64,000 bases of DNA from positions 26,040 through 90,039 of the forward strand of contig NZ_JADJNN010000012.1 in NCBI RefSeq assembly GCF_016714285.1, in the 5' to 3' direction. This document shows, piece by piece, positions 20,526 to 29,831 of this stretch (the stretch's first letter is position 1; each line of letters opens with the position of its first letter). The DNA is from Nannocystis sp. (GTDB lineage: Bacteria > Myxococcota_A > Polyangia > Nannocystales > Nannocystaceae). The notes beneath the pieces were generated by a model. It was not told the origin of the DNA. It saw only the letters and a list, made by a program, of their open reading frames with translations, and made no database searches. Both the position numbers and the translations under genes were made by a program.

Positions 20526-21424
20526 AGGGGGTCGCGGGTGGGGCACTCGCCCTCGCCCTGGAAGTCGCCCAGCGTGCGCGCCTGGGCCTCAACGTAGTCG
20601 TGGGCGGTGACGATCGGGATGATCGCGCCGGAGAGGTTGTAGCCGAGCTCGGCGGGGAAGGCGACGGCGGCGGGGACCTGCTTGAGCTCGGCCAGCGTGG
20701 TCTCGCCGTCGCGATCGAGGTCGGCGTCGGCGATCCACTGCGCGCGGCGCTGCGTGATCTCGGCACCCTGCGTGAGGGTGGTGAAGAACCAGTGGTCGCC
20801 GTGCACGGTCGGCTTGACCTGGGCCGTGCCGCCCGAGGGCACCGCGAAGCCGAGGCCGCCGCTCGGCGGGGCGCAGTCGGAGAAGCGGGTACCGGCGGCC
20901 AGGCCCCAGCGGAAGCGGATCGTCGGCGCGGGCGTGCAGGTGACGGGCTCGCCGTGATCGCAGGATTCGCCGTCCGGCTTGCTGATCTCGCCCTCGAAGT
21001 AGACCGAGTAGCCGGCCTTCACCATGAGGTCGTGGTCAGCGGCAGCGGTGCCCTCGGCGGCCTTCGTGTCGGCGTCGGCGTCGGGCAGCGAGTAGGCGAC
21101 CTCGTCCCAGCGCACCGCCGCGACCTCGCTGAACTCGGCGAGCACGAGGCCGCCTGCCTGCAGGTGGAGGAGGTCGACGACGCGGGCGCCGGGGACCGTG
21201 AGGATGTCGTTGCCGTTGTCGCTGCGCTCGGCCGTGAAGTCGCCGACGACCACCAGGAACTTGTCGTAGCGGACGCTCCAGCCGTCGACGACCTGCTCCT
21301 CGCCGCTGCCGGCCTGCAGGCCCTCGGGGATGGTGTCCTCGGCCTCGATGAAGACCTGCACGCTGCCGATGCTGGTCTCGCAGGCGGCGAGGAGGATGAG
21401 CAGGGTGGCGATGGTGCTGCGCAT
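20522..21424 (-). CDS. lipoprotein with EF-hand-like Ca-binding loop (DADLDRDGETTLAEL)
   Basis: MRSTIATLLILLAAC lipobox. Lies between the receptor and exbB in the operon. Confidence 0.7.
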   Translation of the reverse strand: MRSTIATLLILLAACETSIGSVQVFIEAEDTIPEGLQAGSGEEQVVDGWSVRYDKFLVVVGDFTAERSDNGNDILTVPGARVVDLLHLQAGGLVLAEFSEVAAVRWDEVAYSLPDADADTKAAEGTAAADHDLMVKAGYSVYFEGEISKPDGESCDHGEPVTCTPAPTIRFRWGLAAGTRFSDCAPPSGGLGFAVPSGGTAQVKPTVHGDHWFFTTLTQGAEITQRRAQWIADADLDRDGETTLAELKQVPAAVAFPAELGYNLSGAIIPIVTAHDYVEAQARTLGDFQGEGECPTRDPL

Positions 21425-21438
21425 GGGGCTTGTGGCTT

Positions 21439-22215
21439 TCAGTCGTGGGTCCAGCGGAAGCTGGGCGGCTGGGTGGTCATGGCGAAGGCGATCGCGGCGT
21501 GGGCGGGGTCGCCAGGGTTGATGCTATGCACGAGGCCGGACGCGGCGAGGGCGTCGAAGTCGACGCCAGTCAGCCATGCGCGGGGGTCGAGGCGCAGCTC
21601 GAGCCGGCTGCCCTCGTCCTGGAATTCGCTGTGGGCCCGCACACCGACCAGGGCCGGGCTGCCGCGCAGCGGCGGGACGACGTCGACGAGCGCGTCGAAG
21701 CTCAGCGACGCTCCGTCGCGCACGGCGGTGCCGGTGAGCCGGGCGGAGTGGCCGAGGGTGGCGAGGGCCTCGGGTCGCGACTGGGTGGTGAACCAGGAGA
21801 TGCCGTAGTCGAGCATGGCCGAGCGCGGCTCGCCGGGGCGGGCGTGGAGCTCACCGATCTCCGCGACCGGGGCCAGCGCGTCGACGACGGCGACCTCGGT
21901 GAATTCGCCGAGGGCCACGTCGCACAGGTCGGGCGAGGCGGCCGCGGTGGCGCACAGGTAGATCGGGCCGATAGCGACCTCGGCGCGGGTCAGCGTGACC
22001 TGCCAGTCGCCGACCGGGAAGGGCCCGGCGCCGGCGCCCACGGCCGCGAGCGGGTAGCTGAAGGGCTCGCCGCCGCTGCTGCCGCAGGCGAGCAGCAGCA
22101 CGGCCGCGAGCAGGCATCTGCGCTTGCTGTCTCTCGGGCCAGGCTGCGATCGTTCGCGCAATTTGAACCTGCCGCGATCGCTGTCTCTCAGGCCAGGTTG
22201 GGATCGTTCGCGCAT
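21439..22215 (-). CDS. lipoprotein (operon partner of the TonB-dependent receptor)
   Basis: RRCLLAAVLLLACGSSG lipobox. ATG at 22215 lies inside a duplicated 33 bp block. Lies 11 bp downstream of the receptor stop. Confidence 0.55.
   Translation of the reverse strand: MRERSQPGLRDSDRGRFKLRERSQPGPRDSKRRCLLAAVLLLACGSSGGEPFSYPLAAVGAGAGPFPVGDWQVTLTRAEVAIGPIYLCATAAASPDLCDVALGEFTEVAVVDALAPVAEIGELHARPGEPRSAMLDYGISWFTTQSRPEALATLGHSARLTGTAVRDGASLSFDALVDVVPPLRGSPALVGVRAHSEFQDEGSRLELRLDPRAWLTGVDFDALAASGLVHSINPGDPAHAAIAFAMTTQPPSFRWTHD
22128..22214. repeat. 33 bp direct repeat x2 (tgtctctcRggccaggYtgSgatcgttcgcgca, period 54) spanning the lipoprotein start
   Basis: Seen directly. It encodes the duplicated peptide RERSQPGLRDSDRG / RERSQPGPRDSKRR. 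Confidence 0.75.
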
Positions 22216-22226
22216 ATCGGACCTGC

Positions 22227-24968
22227 TCAAAAGGACAGGGTGAGGGTACCGAGGACGCTGAGCGGCGGACCGGCGGCGAAGTGGCGCGCGGGCAGGCGCG
22301 AGGGCACGGGGGTGGTGCCCCAGTCGGACACGAAGGAGTAGACGCTGGCCGCGTAGCGGCGCGCGAGCAGGTTGTAGGCCTCGACGCCGAGCTCGATCCA
22401 CGACCAACGCAGCGACGCGGAGGCGTCGAGCAGGTACAGGGGATCGGAGCTTTGGCCGTAGGGGAGCGGGCGCGCGGACAGGTAGTTGAAGCCGCCGCCG
22501 AGGCGCATGGCGAGCGGGTGAGCGCCGAGCTGCACGAGGTCCTTGCTGACGCCGAGGTCGAGGCGCACGACCACCGGCGGCACGTAGGGCAGCAGCTGGC
22601 CCGCGACGTAGGCGGGGTTCGGGTCCTCGACCGTGGCCGGCGGCGGGGCGGTGAGGATCGCGTGCACGTAGGTGACCGAGGTGGAGACTTGCAGCCACGG
22701 CCACGGGCGGGTCTGCAGGGCGGCGACCACGCCGCTGCGACGGGTCGGGCCGATCTTCTCGAGGCGGCCCTCCTCGGGGTCGAAGGCGAGGTCCTGGGCG
22801 AGGAAGGTGCCGTAGCCGGCGGCCGTGAGCTCGACGGGTCGGCGCCAGCGCGGGGCCAGGCGCACGCCGCCCTCGACGCTGTGCACCTTGGTGAAGGGGG
22901 CCCGCTCGCCCTCCTCGAGCTGACGCGCCTGCGGTGAGCGGTAGCCCTGGCCGTAGGCGACGAAGGTCTTGAGCCACGGCAGCGGCGTGACCTCGAGGGC
23001 GACGCGCGGGCCCGCGGCGACGCCGGTGGCGGTGCGGCGGTAGCCGACCAGGTGCGAGGCGACCTGGTAGGGGGCGATGAAGTTGCCGAGGTGATCGTCG
23101 ATGTCGTAGTGCAGGACGTCGGCGCGGGCGCCCCCGCGCAGCTGCACGTACTTGCCGAATCGCAGCTCGAGGTCGGCGAAGAGGCCGACGTCGGTGGCGA
23201 GGATCTCGGCGTCGACGCGGTGGTCCCAGGTCTCGTTGCTGGGCGCCTGCAGCAGGTTCTGGGCCTGGCGGACGCGGTGGATGCGGGCGCTGCTGCCGAG
23301 CTCGAGGGTGGCCGCGAACCACCGCGCGGGCCGCCACCAGCCTGTCCGATGGGACAGGCGAAAGCCGCCGCCGAGGTCGCGGTTCTGCTGCTCGATCAGG
23401 TCGCCGCGGCCGACCCAGGCGGGCATGACCATGCTGCGCTGCAGGTAGCCGGTGAAGTTCTCGCGGCTGTGGAAATCGACCAGCGCCGCGTGGGCGGCGA
23501 ACAGGGTGCGGCCGCCGGTCTCGCTGCGGTGCGTGAGCTCGAGCCCGAGTTGGCCGCGCGCGGCCGAGGCCGACTGGGCGCCGGCGCCGGGGTCGGGGTA
23601 GCGGTCGTAGAAGCCGACGCGGCCGGCCTCGACGTCGTCGTTGCGCAGCACGCCGGCCATGCCGGCGCGGGCGGCGTGGGCGGCGACCATCAGCTTGCCC
23701 GCCAGGCCGCCGGGGCCGGTGAAGGCGAACTGGCCGAGGCCGGTGCCGGACAGGGCGCCGCGGTTCATGCCGAAGCCGCTGCTGCGGCGGATCGCGGCGG
23801 CGGCGAAGGTCTCCTCGGACTGGCCGCGCGGGGCCCACATGGCGAGCTGGCGAAAGGTCCCGAAGGAGCCGCCGGTCGAGCGCAGGAGGAAGCCGCGCTG
23901 GGCCACGCCGAGGTCGAAGTCGATGCTCCCGGCGACCGCGAAGTCGCCCTGGTGCGGGTCGTACACGCCCTCGGTGACGCGGATCGATCGCACCACTTCG
24001 GGCAGGATGAAGTTGAGGTCGGCGTAGCCCTGGCCGTGCAGGTGCGAGATCTGGTTGATCGGTGCGCCGCCGACGGTGAACTCGATGTCCTGGCCGTGGG
24101 CCGCGTTGAAGCCGCGGAGGTAGATCTCGTGCGCGACCGCGTCGCCCTCGGGCCGCGAGACGTACACGCCGGGCGCCCGCGTGAGCATGTCGCCGCTGCT
24201 CTGCTTCGGCGCGGCGTTCAGGACCTCGGGGCCGAGCACGAAGTCGCTGGCGGCCCGCGGCGGCGGCGGGCGCCGGCCGTGGGTGGAGACCTCGATCACG
24301 CCCTCGTCGCCCGGGGACGGGGCCGAGCCGGCTGAAGGGACAGGTTGCGTGGAGCTGTCTGAAGGGACAGGTGCGACGGGGGCCGGCGCGCTGGCCGTGG
24401 GGACAGGTGCGGATGTGCTGGCTGAAGGGACAGGTTGCGTGGGGCTGTCTGAAGGGGCAGGTGCGACGGGGGCCGGCGAGCTGGCCGCGGGGACAGGTGC
24501 GGATGGGCTGGCTGAAGGGACAGGTCGGGTGGGAGCTGGCGAGCTGGCCGCGGGGACAGGTGACGCGGGGATGTCTGAAGGGACAGGTGCGGGAGGAGCC
24601 GGCTCGGCGAGCGGCGGCGGGAACACGAAGGGGACGCGGATCCGGGCCGCGACGGGGGCGCCGCCCTGGGTCGCGGGGGTGAAGCGCCACTGGCGGACCG
24701 CGGCGATCGCCGCGGCGTCGAAGGCCGGGCCGGCGCTGCTGGCCACCGTCACCTCGCCGACGCCGCCGTCGACGCCGACGGTGACCAGCAGCTCGACGCG
24801 CTGCGGGCTGCTGCTGGCCGCGGCGAGCGGGTAGGCGGCCTCCACTTGCTGCACCGGGCGCGGCGCCTGCACGGCCGGGGCCGCGGCGGCGCTGCGGGCC
24901 GTGAGGGCGGCGAGGAGCAGGGCGGCGCCGCAGCGGACGCGGCGCGCCGGTGTCAGGGCCGGGGGCAT
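22227..24968 (-). CDS. TonB-dependent outer-membrane receptor with N-terminal TonB-C-like domain and Pro-rich tandem-repeat linker
   Basis: Signal peptide, plug and barrel, and C-terminal ...TLTLSF ending in Phe. The N-terminal segment resembles the TonB C-terminal fold. DNA at 24300-24600 is tandemly repetitive and encodes (PVPSAS/PAPVAPxPSDS) units. Confidence 0.85.
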   Translation of the reverse strand: MPPALTPARRVRCGAALLLAALTARSAAAAPAVQAPRPVQQVEAAYPLAAASSSPQRVELLVTVGVDGGVGEVTVASSAGPAFDAAAIAAVRQWRFTPATQGGAPVAARIRVPFVFPPPLAEPAPPAPVPSDIPASPVPAASSPAPTRPVPSASPSAPVPAASSPAPVAPAPSDSPTQPVPSASTSAPVPTASAPAPVAPVPSDSSTQPVPSAGSAPSPGDEGVIEVSTHGRRPPPPRAASDFVLGPEVLNAAPKQSSGDMLTRAPGVYVSRPEGDAVAHEIYLRGFNAAHGQDIEFTVGGAPINQISHLHGQGYADLNFILPEVVRSIRVTEGVYDPHQGDFAVAGSIDFDLGVAQRGFLLRSTGGSFGTFRQLAMWAPRGQSEETFAAAAIRRSSGFGMNRGALSGTGLGQFAFTGPGGLAGKLMVAAHAARAGMAGVLRNDDVEAGRVGFYDRYPDPGAGAQSASAARGQLGLELTHRSETGGRTLFAAHAALVDFHSRENFTGYLQRSMVMPAWVGRGDLIEQQNRDLGGGFRLSHRTGWWRPARWFAATLELGSSARIHRVRQAQNLLQAPSNETWDHRVDAEILATDVGLFADLELRFGKYVQLRGGARADVLHYDIDDHLGNFIAPYQVASHLVGYRRTATGVAAGPRVALEVTPLPWLKTFVAYGQGYRSPQARQLEEGERAPFTKVHSVEGGVRLAPRWRRPVELTAAGYGTFLAQDLAFDPEEGRLEKIGPTRRSGVVAALQTRPWPWLQVSTSVTYVHAILTAPPPATVEDPNPAYVAGQLLPYVPPVVVRLDLGVSKDLVQLGAHPLAMRLGGGFNYLSARPLPYGQSSDPLYLLDASASLRWSWIELGVEAYNLLARRYAASVYSFVSDWGTTPVPSRLPARHFAAGPPLSVLGTLTLSF

Positions 24969-25030
24969 GGGCGATCCTCGTCGTAGGCGGAAAGCCCGGG
25001 GGCGTCAAGCGCAGCAGCGTCGCTGTTGCC

Positions 25031-25100
25031 ACGAGATGTTTGTTGCAGTCTTATTGCAAGAGACAGCGAGATTGATTGCAGCCGCATTGCAAGAGCACTC
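25031..25100. promoter_or_regulatory. AT-rich putative operator/promoter upstream of the TonB-dependent receptor operon, with direct repeat ATTGCAAGAG x2
   Basis: A local GC drop in a 70% GC genome. ttattgcaagagacagcgagattgattgcagccgcattgcaagag lies 60-130 bp upstream of the receptor ATG. Confidence 0.35.
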
Positions 25101-25216
25101 GCGGGCGGGCGTCGATCGCGGCGCACGAGCGGCGGCGCGTGGCTTCACTGGGCCGCTCGTGGGCCGGCGCGGGGGTCATCGGCGCGGCGCTGCTGCAATC
25201 CGCGACGTGCGTTCGC

Positions 25217-26770
25217 TCAGCGCGGCGTGACGTCGAGGGAGATGCCGTCGCGGCGGGGGTCGCCGGCGCCCGCGAGGCGGCCGTCCGGGGCGCGCGTCAC
25301 GGTGTGGCAGCCGCCGAAGTACATGTTGCGGCCCTCCCACGCGATGACGCGCTCGAACAGGGCTGCGAGCCCGGCCGGCGCGGCGTCGGGGAAGCCGCCC
25401 TCGAGGTTGAGCTGGCCGGCGTCGGCGTGCATGCGCGGGGCGGCGACGGCCTCGGCGATCGGCATGGCGAAGTCGACGAGGTTGCTGATCACCTGGAGGA
25501 TGGCGCTGCGGATCCGCTTCGAGCCGCCGCTGCCGGTGACGGCGAACCAGCCGTCGTCGCGGGCGATCGCGGTGGGGGCCATCATCGAGGAGAGCCGGAC
25601 GTCCTGCGGCCAGGCGTGCGGGCCGGCGGGGTTCACGTCGTCCTCGCCGAGCATGTTGTTGAGCATCACGCCGGTGCCGGGGATCAGCGAGCCGCAGCCC
25701 TCGCCGTTGGACAGGGTGACCGCGGCGGCGTTGCCCTCGCGGTCGATCACGCTGATGTGGGTGGTGCCGCGGTGGGCCGTGCGGGCCGCGGCGAGCTCGC
25801 GCAGGAGCGACGCGCCGTGCTCACCGAGCACCGCCTCGCTGAGCAGGGCGTCGAGGTTGCTGTGGGCGGCGCGGGCGTCGACGGTGCGGGCGAGCACGCG
25901 GGCGAGCAGGGCCAGGTGCTCGCCTGACCCGAAGGACAGGTCGTGCATGGGCACGCGGGCGAGCAGGCCGAGGCCGAAGGCGATCAACGTGCCGCCGGCG
26001 GAGGGCGGCGGGTTGGTGATGAGGGTGGCGTCGCGGTAGCGCAGGGTCAGCGGCTCGCGGACGCGGACGCGGTAGCTGGCGAGGTCATCGCGGGTGATGT
26101 GGCCGCCGCGGGCGCGGCACTGCTCGACGATCGCGGCCGCGACCTCGCCCTCGTAGAACAGGCGCTCGCCGTCGCGGCCGAGCTGCTCGAACAGGTCGCC
26201 GAGCTCGGGGTTTCGCATGTGGTCGCCGCAGTTGCGCGAGCCGCCGTCGGGGTTGCCGAACAGCGCGCGGGCGTCGGGCTCGCCGAGGTAGATCGGCGCG
26301 ACCAGGGTCATGAGATAGGCCTGGAAGGGCGTGACGGCGACGCCCTCGTGGGCCGCGCGGACGGCCGGCGCGAGGACCTGCGGCATCGCCAGGCGCCCGA
26401 GCGCGGCGTGCACGGCGAACAGGCCGCGCACGAGCCCGGGGGTGGCGGCGGTGCCGATGCCGATCTGAAACTCCTGCTGGGTGGTGCCCCAGTCGGTGAC
26501 GATCGGGTGGGCGCTGGACTCGGCCTCGGGTCGACGCACGCGCGGGGTGTGGACGAAGAAGTCGAACACGCGGGCGGGCCCGTCCGCCGGGCGCGCGAGC
26601 AGGAAACCACCGCCGCCGGGCGAGGCGAGCACCGACTCGGCGACGCAGGCGGCGGCGACGGCCGCGAGCGCGGCGTCGAAGGCGTTGCCGCCGGCGCGCA
26701 GGACACAGGCGGCGGCCTCGGCGGTGACGGGGTGGCCGGCGGCGACGCAGCCGTGGATGTCAGGGGTCAT
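25217..26770 (-). CDS. ggt: gamma-glutamyltransferase
   Basis: GGT family sequence (TTHISVIDREGNAAAVTLSNG, GSGGSKRI). ATG at 26770 with AGGAGAG RBS. Confidence 0.9.
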   Translation of the reverse strand: MTPDIHGCVAAGHPVTAEAAACVLRAGGNAFDAALAAVAAACVAESVLASPGGGGFLLARPADGPARVFDFFVHTPRVRRPEAESSAHPIVTDWGTTQQEFQIGIGTAATPGLVRGLFAVHAALGRLAMPQVLAPAVRAAHEGVAVTPFQAYLMTLVAPIYLGEPDARALFGNPDGGSRNCGDHMRNPELGDLFEQLGRDGERLFYEGEVAAAIVEQCRARGGHITRDDLASYRVRVREPLTLRYRDATLITNPPPSAGGTLIAFGLGLLARVPMHDLSFGSGEHLALLARVLARTVDARAAHSNLDALLSEAVLGEHGASLLRELAAARTAHRGTTHISVIDREGNAAAVTLSNGEGCGSLIPGTGVMLNNMLGEDDVNPAGPHAWPQDVRLSSMMAPTAIARDDGWFAVTGSGGSKRIRSAILQVISNLVDFAMPIAEAVAAPRMHADAGQLNLEGGFPDAAPAGLAALFERVIAWEGRNMYFGGCHTVTRAPDGRLAGAGDPRRDGISLDVTPR

Positions 26771-26935
26771 GACGAGCACTCTCCTGGAGGCTTTGGCGCG
26801 AGCCGACATTGCCTGCCTTGCTGCGCGTCCTGATGGTCATCCAAGCTGCGCCACGGCTCGCGGCTTATACCGCGGTGGCGGCGGGGTAGCCAGGGCTTGG
26901 CGGGTCTGCGGGCGGTCGCTATCCTCGCGGCCGCA

Positions 26936-27853
26936 ATGACGGAGCGACACACCCATCCTGCGTCGCCGGAGGCTCGCGCTGAGCTCGTGCTCGGCGTGGT
27001 CGGCGGCTCGGGGCTGTACGAGATCGACGGGCTGCAGGCGGCGCGGCAGGTGGAGGTGGAGACGCCCTTTGGTCGGCCGTCGGACGCGTACACGCTGGGC
27101 GAGCTGGCGCGCGAGGGGGCGCCGCCGCTGCGCGCGGTGTTCCTGCCGCGGCACGGTCGCGGGCACGTGCTCACGCCGTCGGAGATCAACTACCGGGCCA
27201 ACATCCACGGGTTCAAGCAGCTCGGCGTGACCCACCTGCTGAGCGTGTCGGCGGTCGGATCGTTGCGTGAGCACATCGCCCCGGGGCACGTGGTGGCGCC
27301 CGATCAGTTCATTGATCGCAGCACGCAGCGGATCGCCACCTTCTTCGGGAACGGTGTGGTAGCACACGTGCAGATGGGTGACCCGGTGGACGCGCAGCTG
27401 CGTGCGCGGGTGGTCGCGGCGGCCCGGGCCGAGGGGGCCACGGTGCACGACGGTGGGACCTGCGTCGTGATGGAGGGGCCGGCCTTCAGCACGCGCGCCG
27501 AGTCGGAGCTGTATCGCAGCTGGGGCGCCAGCGTGATCGGCATGACGGCGCTGCCGGAGGCGAAGCTGGCCCGCGAGGCGGAGATCGCCTACGCGATGCT
27601 GGCGCTCAGCACCGATTACGACTGCTGGCATGTCAGTGAGGCGGAGGTATCGGTGGCCGACGTGATCGCGGTGCTGCACCGCAACGTCGCGCTGTCGCGG
27701 CGGATCATCCGGGCCCTCGCGCTGGCGCTGCCGGCCCGCTGCGCCGAGCTGCCGTATCCGCGGGCGCTCGCGCATGCCATCATCACCGCGCCCGAACGGG
27801 TGCCCGCGGCCACGCGGGCCCGCCTCGACCTGATCCTCGGTCATTACCTCTGA
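26936..27853 (+). CDS. mtnP: S-methyl-5'-thioadenosine phosphorylase
   Basis: PNP/MTAP family motifs (VIGGSGLYE, MEGPAFSTRAES). Confidence 0.9.
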   Translation: MTERHTHPASPEARAELVLGVVGGSGLYEIDGLQAARQVEVETPFGRPSDAYTLGELAREGAPPLRAVFLPRHGRGHVLTPSEINYRANIHGFKQLGVTHLLSVSAVGSLREHIAPGHVVAPDQFIDRSTQRIATFFGNGVVAHVQMGDPVDAQLRARVVAAARAEGATVHDGGTCVVMEGPAFSTRAESELYRSWGASVIGMTALPEAKLAREAEIAYAMLALSTDYDCWHVSEAEVSVADVIAVLHRNVALSRRIIRALALALPARCAELPYPRALAHAIITAPERVPAATRARLDLILGHYL

Positions 27854-27880
27854 ACCGCCTAGCCCCCCAGCCTCGCTCGC

Positions 27881-28825
27881 ATGCACAGCTCCAATCCCCA
27901 CCTGCTCGTCGTCGGTAGCGTCGCCATCGACTGGATCATCACCCCCCACGCCGAGCGCGAGGAGAGCGTCGGCGGGTCCGCGACCTTCTTCGCGATGGCG
28001 GCCTCGTACCTGTCGCGCGTGCGCCTGGTCGGGGTGGTCGGCGGGGACTTCCCGCAGGCGGCGATCGGCGATCTGCGCGATCGCGGGGTCGACCTCACCG
28101 GCCTCGAGGTGATCGCCGACGGCAAGACCTTCCGCTGGAAGGGCCGCTATCACGACAACATGAACGATCGCACGACGCTGGCGACCGACCTCAACGTGTT
28201 CGAGAGCTTCACGCCGAAGCTGCCGCCGGAGTTTCGCGGCAGCGACTTCCTGTTCCTGGCCAACATCCAGCCGAAGCTGCAGGAGCAGGTGTTCACGCAG
28301 ATGCAGCGGCCGCGCCTGGTCGGGCTCGACACCATGAACCTGTGGATCTCGATCGCCAACGAGGAGCTGCGCTCGGTGCTGCGTCACGTCGACGTGCTGA
28401 CGCTCAACGACGAGGAGGCGCGCCAGCTGAGCGGCGAGCACAACCTGGTCAAGGCGGCGCGCGGGGTCCAGCGGCTCGGGCCGAAGAACCTGGTGATCAA
28501 GCGCGGCGAGAGCGGGGCGCTGCTGTTCGACCATGAGGGGCACGTGTTCGCCGCGCCGGCGCTGCCGCTCGAGGAGGTCATCGATCCGACGGGCGCGGGC
28601 GACAGCTTCGCGGGCGGCTTCATGGGCTACCTGGCGCGCCCGGGCGTCGAGCCCACGGGGGCCAGCCTGCGCACGGCGATGATCTACGGGTCGGTGATGG
28701 CGAGCTTCTGCGTCGAGGGCTTCTCCTACGACCGCCTGCGCCAGCTCGACACCGCGAGCATCCAGCACCGCTTCGAGGCGTTCTCGTCGCTGACGAACTT
28801 CGCGCGGGCCAACCTGTTGGATTGA
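27881..28825 (+). CDS. PfkB-family carbohydrate/nucleoside kinase
   Basis: Ribokinase-like fold with C-terminal DPTGAGDSFAGGF motif. Confidence 0.85.
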   Translation: MHSSNPHLLVVGSVAIDWIITPHAEREESVGGSATFFAMAASYLSRVRLVGVVGGDFPQAAIGDLRDRGVDLTGLEVIADGKTFRWKGRYHDNMNDRTTLATDLNVFESFTPKLPPEFRGSDFLFLANIQPKLQEQVFTQMQRPRLVGLDTMNLWISIANEELRSVLRHVDVLTLNDEEARQLSGEHNLVKAARGVQRLGPKNLVIKRGESGALLFDHEGHVFAAPALPLEEVIDPTGAGDSFAGGFMGYLARPGVEPTGASLRTAMIYGSVMASFCVEGFSYDRLRQLDTASIQHRFEAFSSLTNFARANLLD

Positions 28826-28840
28826 GGGCTCGCTCGGGGC

Positions 28841-29782
28841 TCAGTACTCGTAGCCGAGCTGGTAGTTGACGCAGCTCGCGGGGGGGGGGTCGGCGGGGAG
28901 ATCGGGGTCGCGGCGGACCTCGATCCACACGCTCGCGTCCTCGTCGAGGCCCTTGCAGTCGAGGTAGGGCTGGAAGCTGCCGAAGCCGCAGCAGCCCTGC
29001 TGGCCGAGCGGGGCGTTGTCGGCGACGCTGTCGCCCGGGCACACGACCTTGGTGCCGGCGTTCTTGCACTGGAAATAGACGCAGACCTGGAGGTCGTCGG
29101 GGTCGCCGACGACGGCGGGCGCGACCTTGCCGAGCACGCTGTCGATCGCGTCGAAGGTGAACCAGTCGACGTCGCCGGGGCTGCCGAGGGCCTCGCACAG
29201 GTAGGTGATGTCGTCGGCGTCGCTCTGCTGCGGCAGGGCGAAGGCCTTGCTCTGGGTCTCGTTTGGTTCGGCGAGGCTCGTGTCCTCGCAGGTCTCGCGC
29301 TCGGCGCAGGGTTGGCAGCTGAGGTCGGCGTGGCAGTAGCCGCCGTCGCAGGGGCTGCCCGGGTCCTGCGGGGTGTTCTCGGGCGCGGCGTCGGGGCTGC
29401 AGGCGTCGACGGTGCAGCTGTTGCCGTCGTCGGGGAGGTCATTGAGGTCGTCGACCGGGGTGGCGCCGCTGTTGCCGTCGCAGACATAGCTGTGGCAGTC
29501 GCCGGGGATGTCGTCGTCGGGCTGGCCGGCGGCGCGGCGGGTGTACACGCAGGCGTCGTCGATGCACTGCACGCGCTCGCACAGCGCGGCCGCGGGGCAG
29601 TCGTCGACGCCGACGCAGTGCGTCGGTTCGCCGGTGGTCGGCACGAAGGTGGCGGCGGTCCCGAAGGTGGCGGCCTCGCTGTCGCCCTCGCTGGCGCCCG
29701 CGGAGGCGCCGTCCAGCAGGCCGCAGGCGGGCAGCAGCAGGAGGGCGAGTGTGGGGACGAGGCGAGGCAGGGTGGCGAGCAT
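28841..29782 (-). CDS. Cys-rich secreted lipoprotein
   Basis: MLATLPRLVPTLALLLLPAC lipobox and 30 Cys. Confidence 0.65.
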   Translation of the reverse strand: MLATLPRLVPTLALLLLPACGLLDGASAGASEGDSEAATFGTAATFVPTTGEPTHCVGVDDCPAAALCERVQCIDDACVYTRRAAGQPDDDIPGDCHSYVCDGNSGATPVDDLNDLPDDGNSCTVDACSPDAAPENTPQDPGSPCDGGYCHADLSCQPCAERETCEDTSLAEPNETQSKAFALPQQSDADDITYLCEALGSPGDVDWFTFDAIDSVLGKVAPAVVGDPDDLQVCVYFQCKNAGTKVVCPGDSVADNAPLGQQGCCGFGSFQPYLDCKGLDEDASVWIEVRRDPDLPADPPPASCVNYQLGYEY

Positions 29783-29831
29783 CCGCGGGGATTATCGCCA
29801 GATCGGGCGCGGATGCTAAGGTGCCGCGGCG

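Noticed and set aside
24300-24600. GGGACAGGT-rich tandem repeats inside the TonB-dependent receptor gene, considered as an inserted mobile or repeat element
   Set aside because: On the coding strand they read CCT GTC CCC and similar, giving Pro-Val-Pro-Ser linker codons. The repetition is explained by the Pro-rich protein linker and codon bias, not by an element insertion.
21439-25032. Giant 1197 aa ORF
   Set aside because: Read-through artefact. The meaningful part is the lipoprotein gene 21439..22215. The rest overlaps the TonB-dependent receptor gene in a different frame and is Arg/Pro-rich nonsense.
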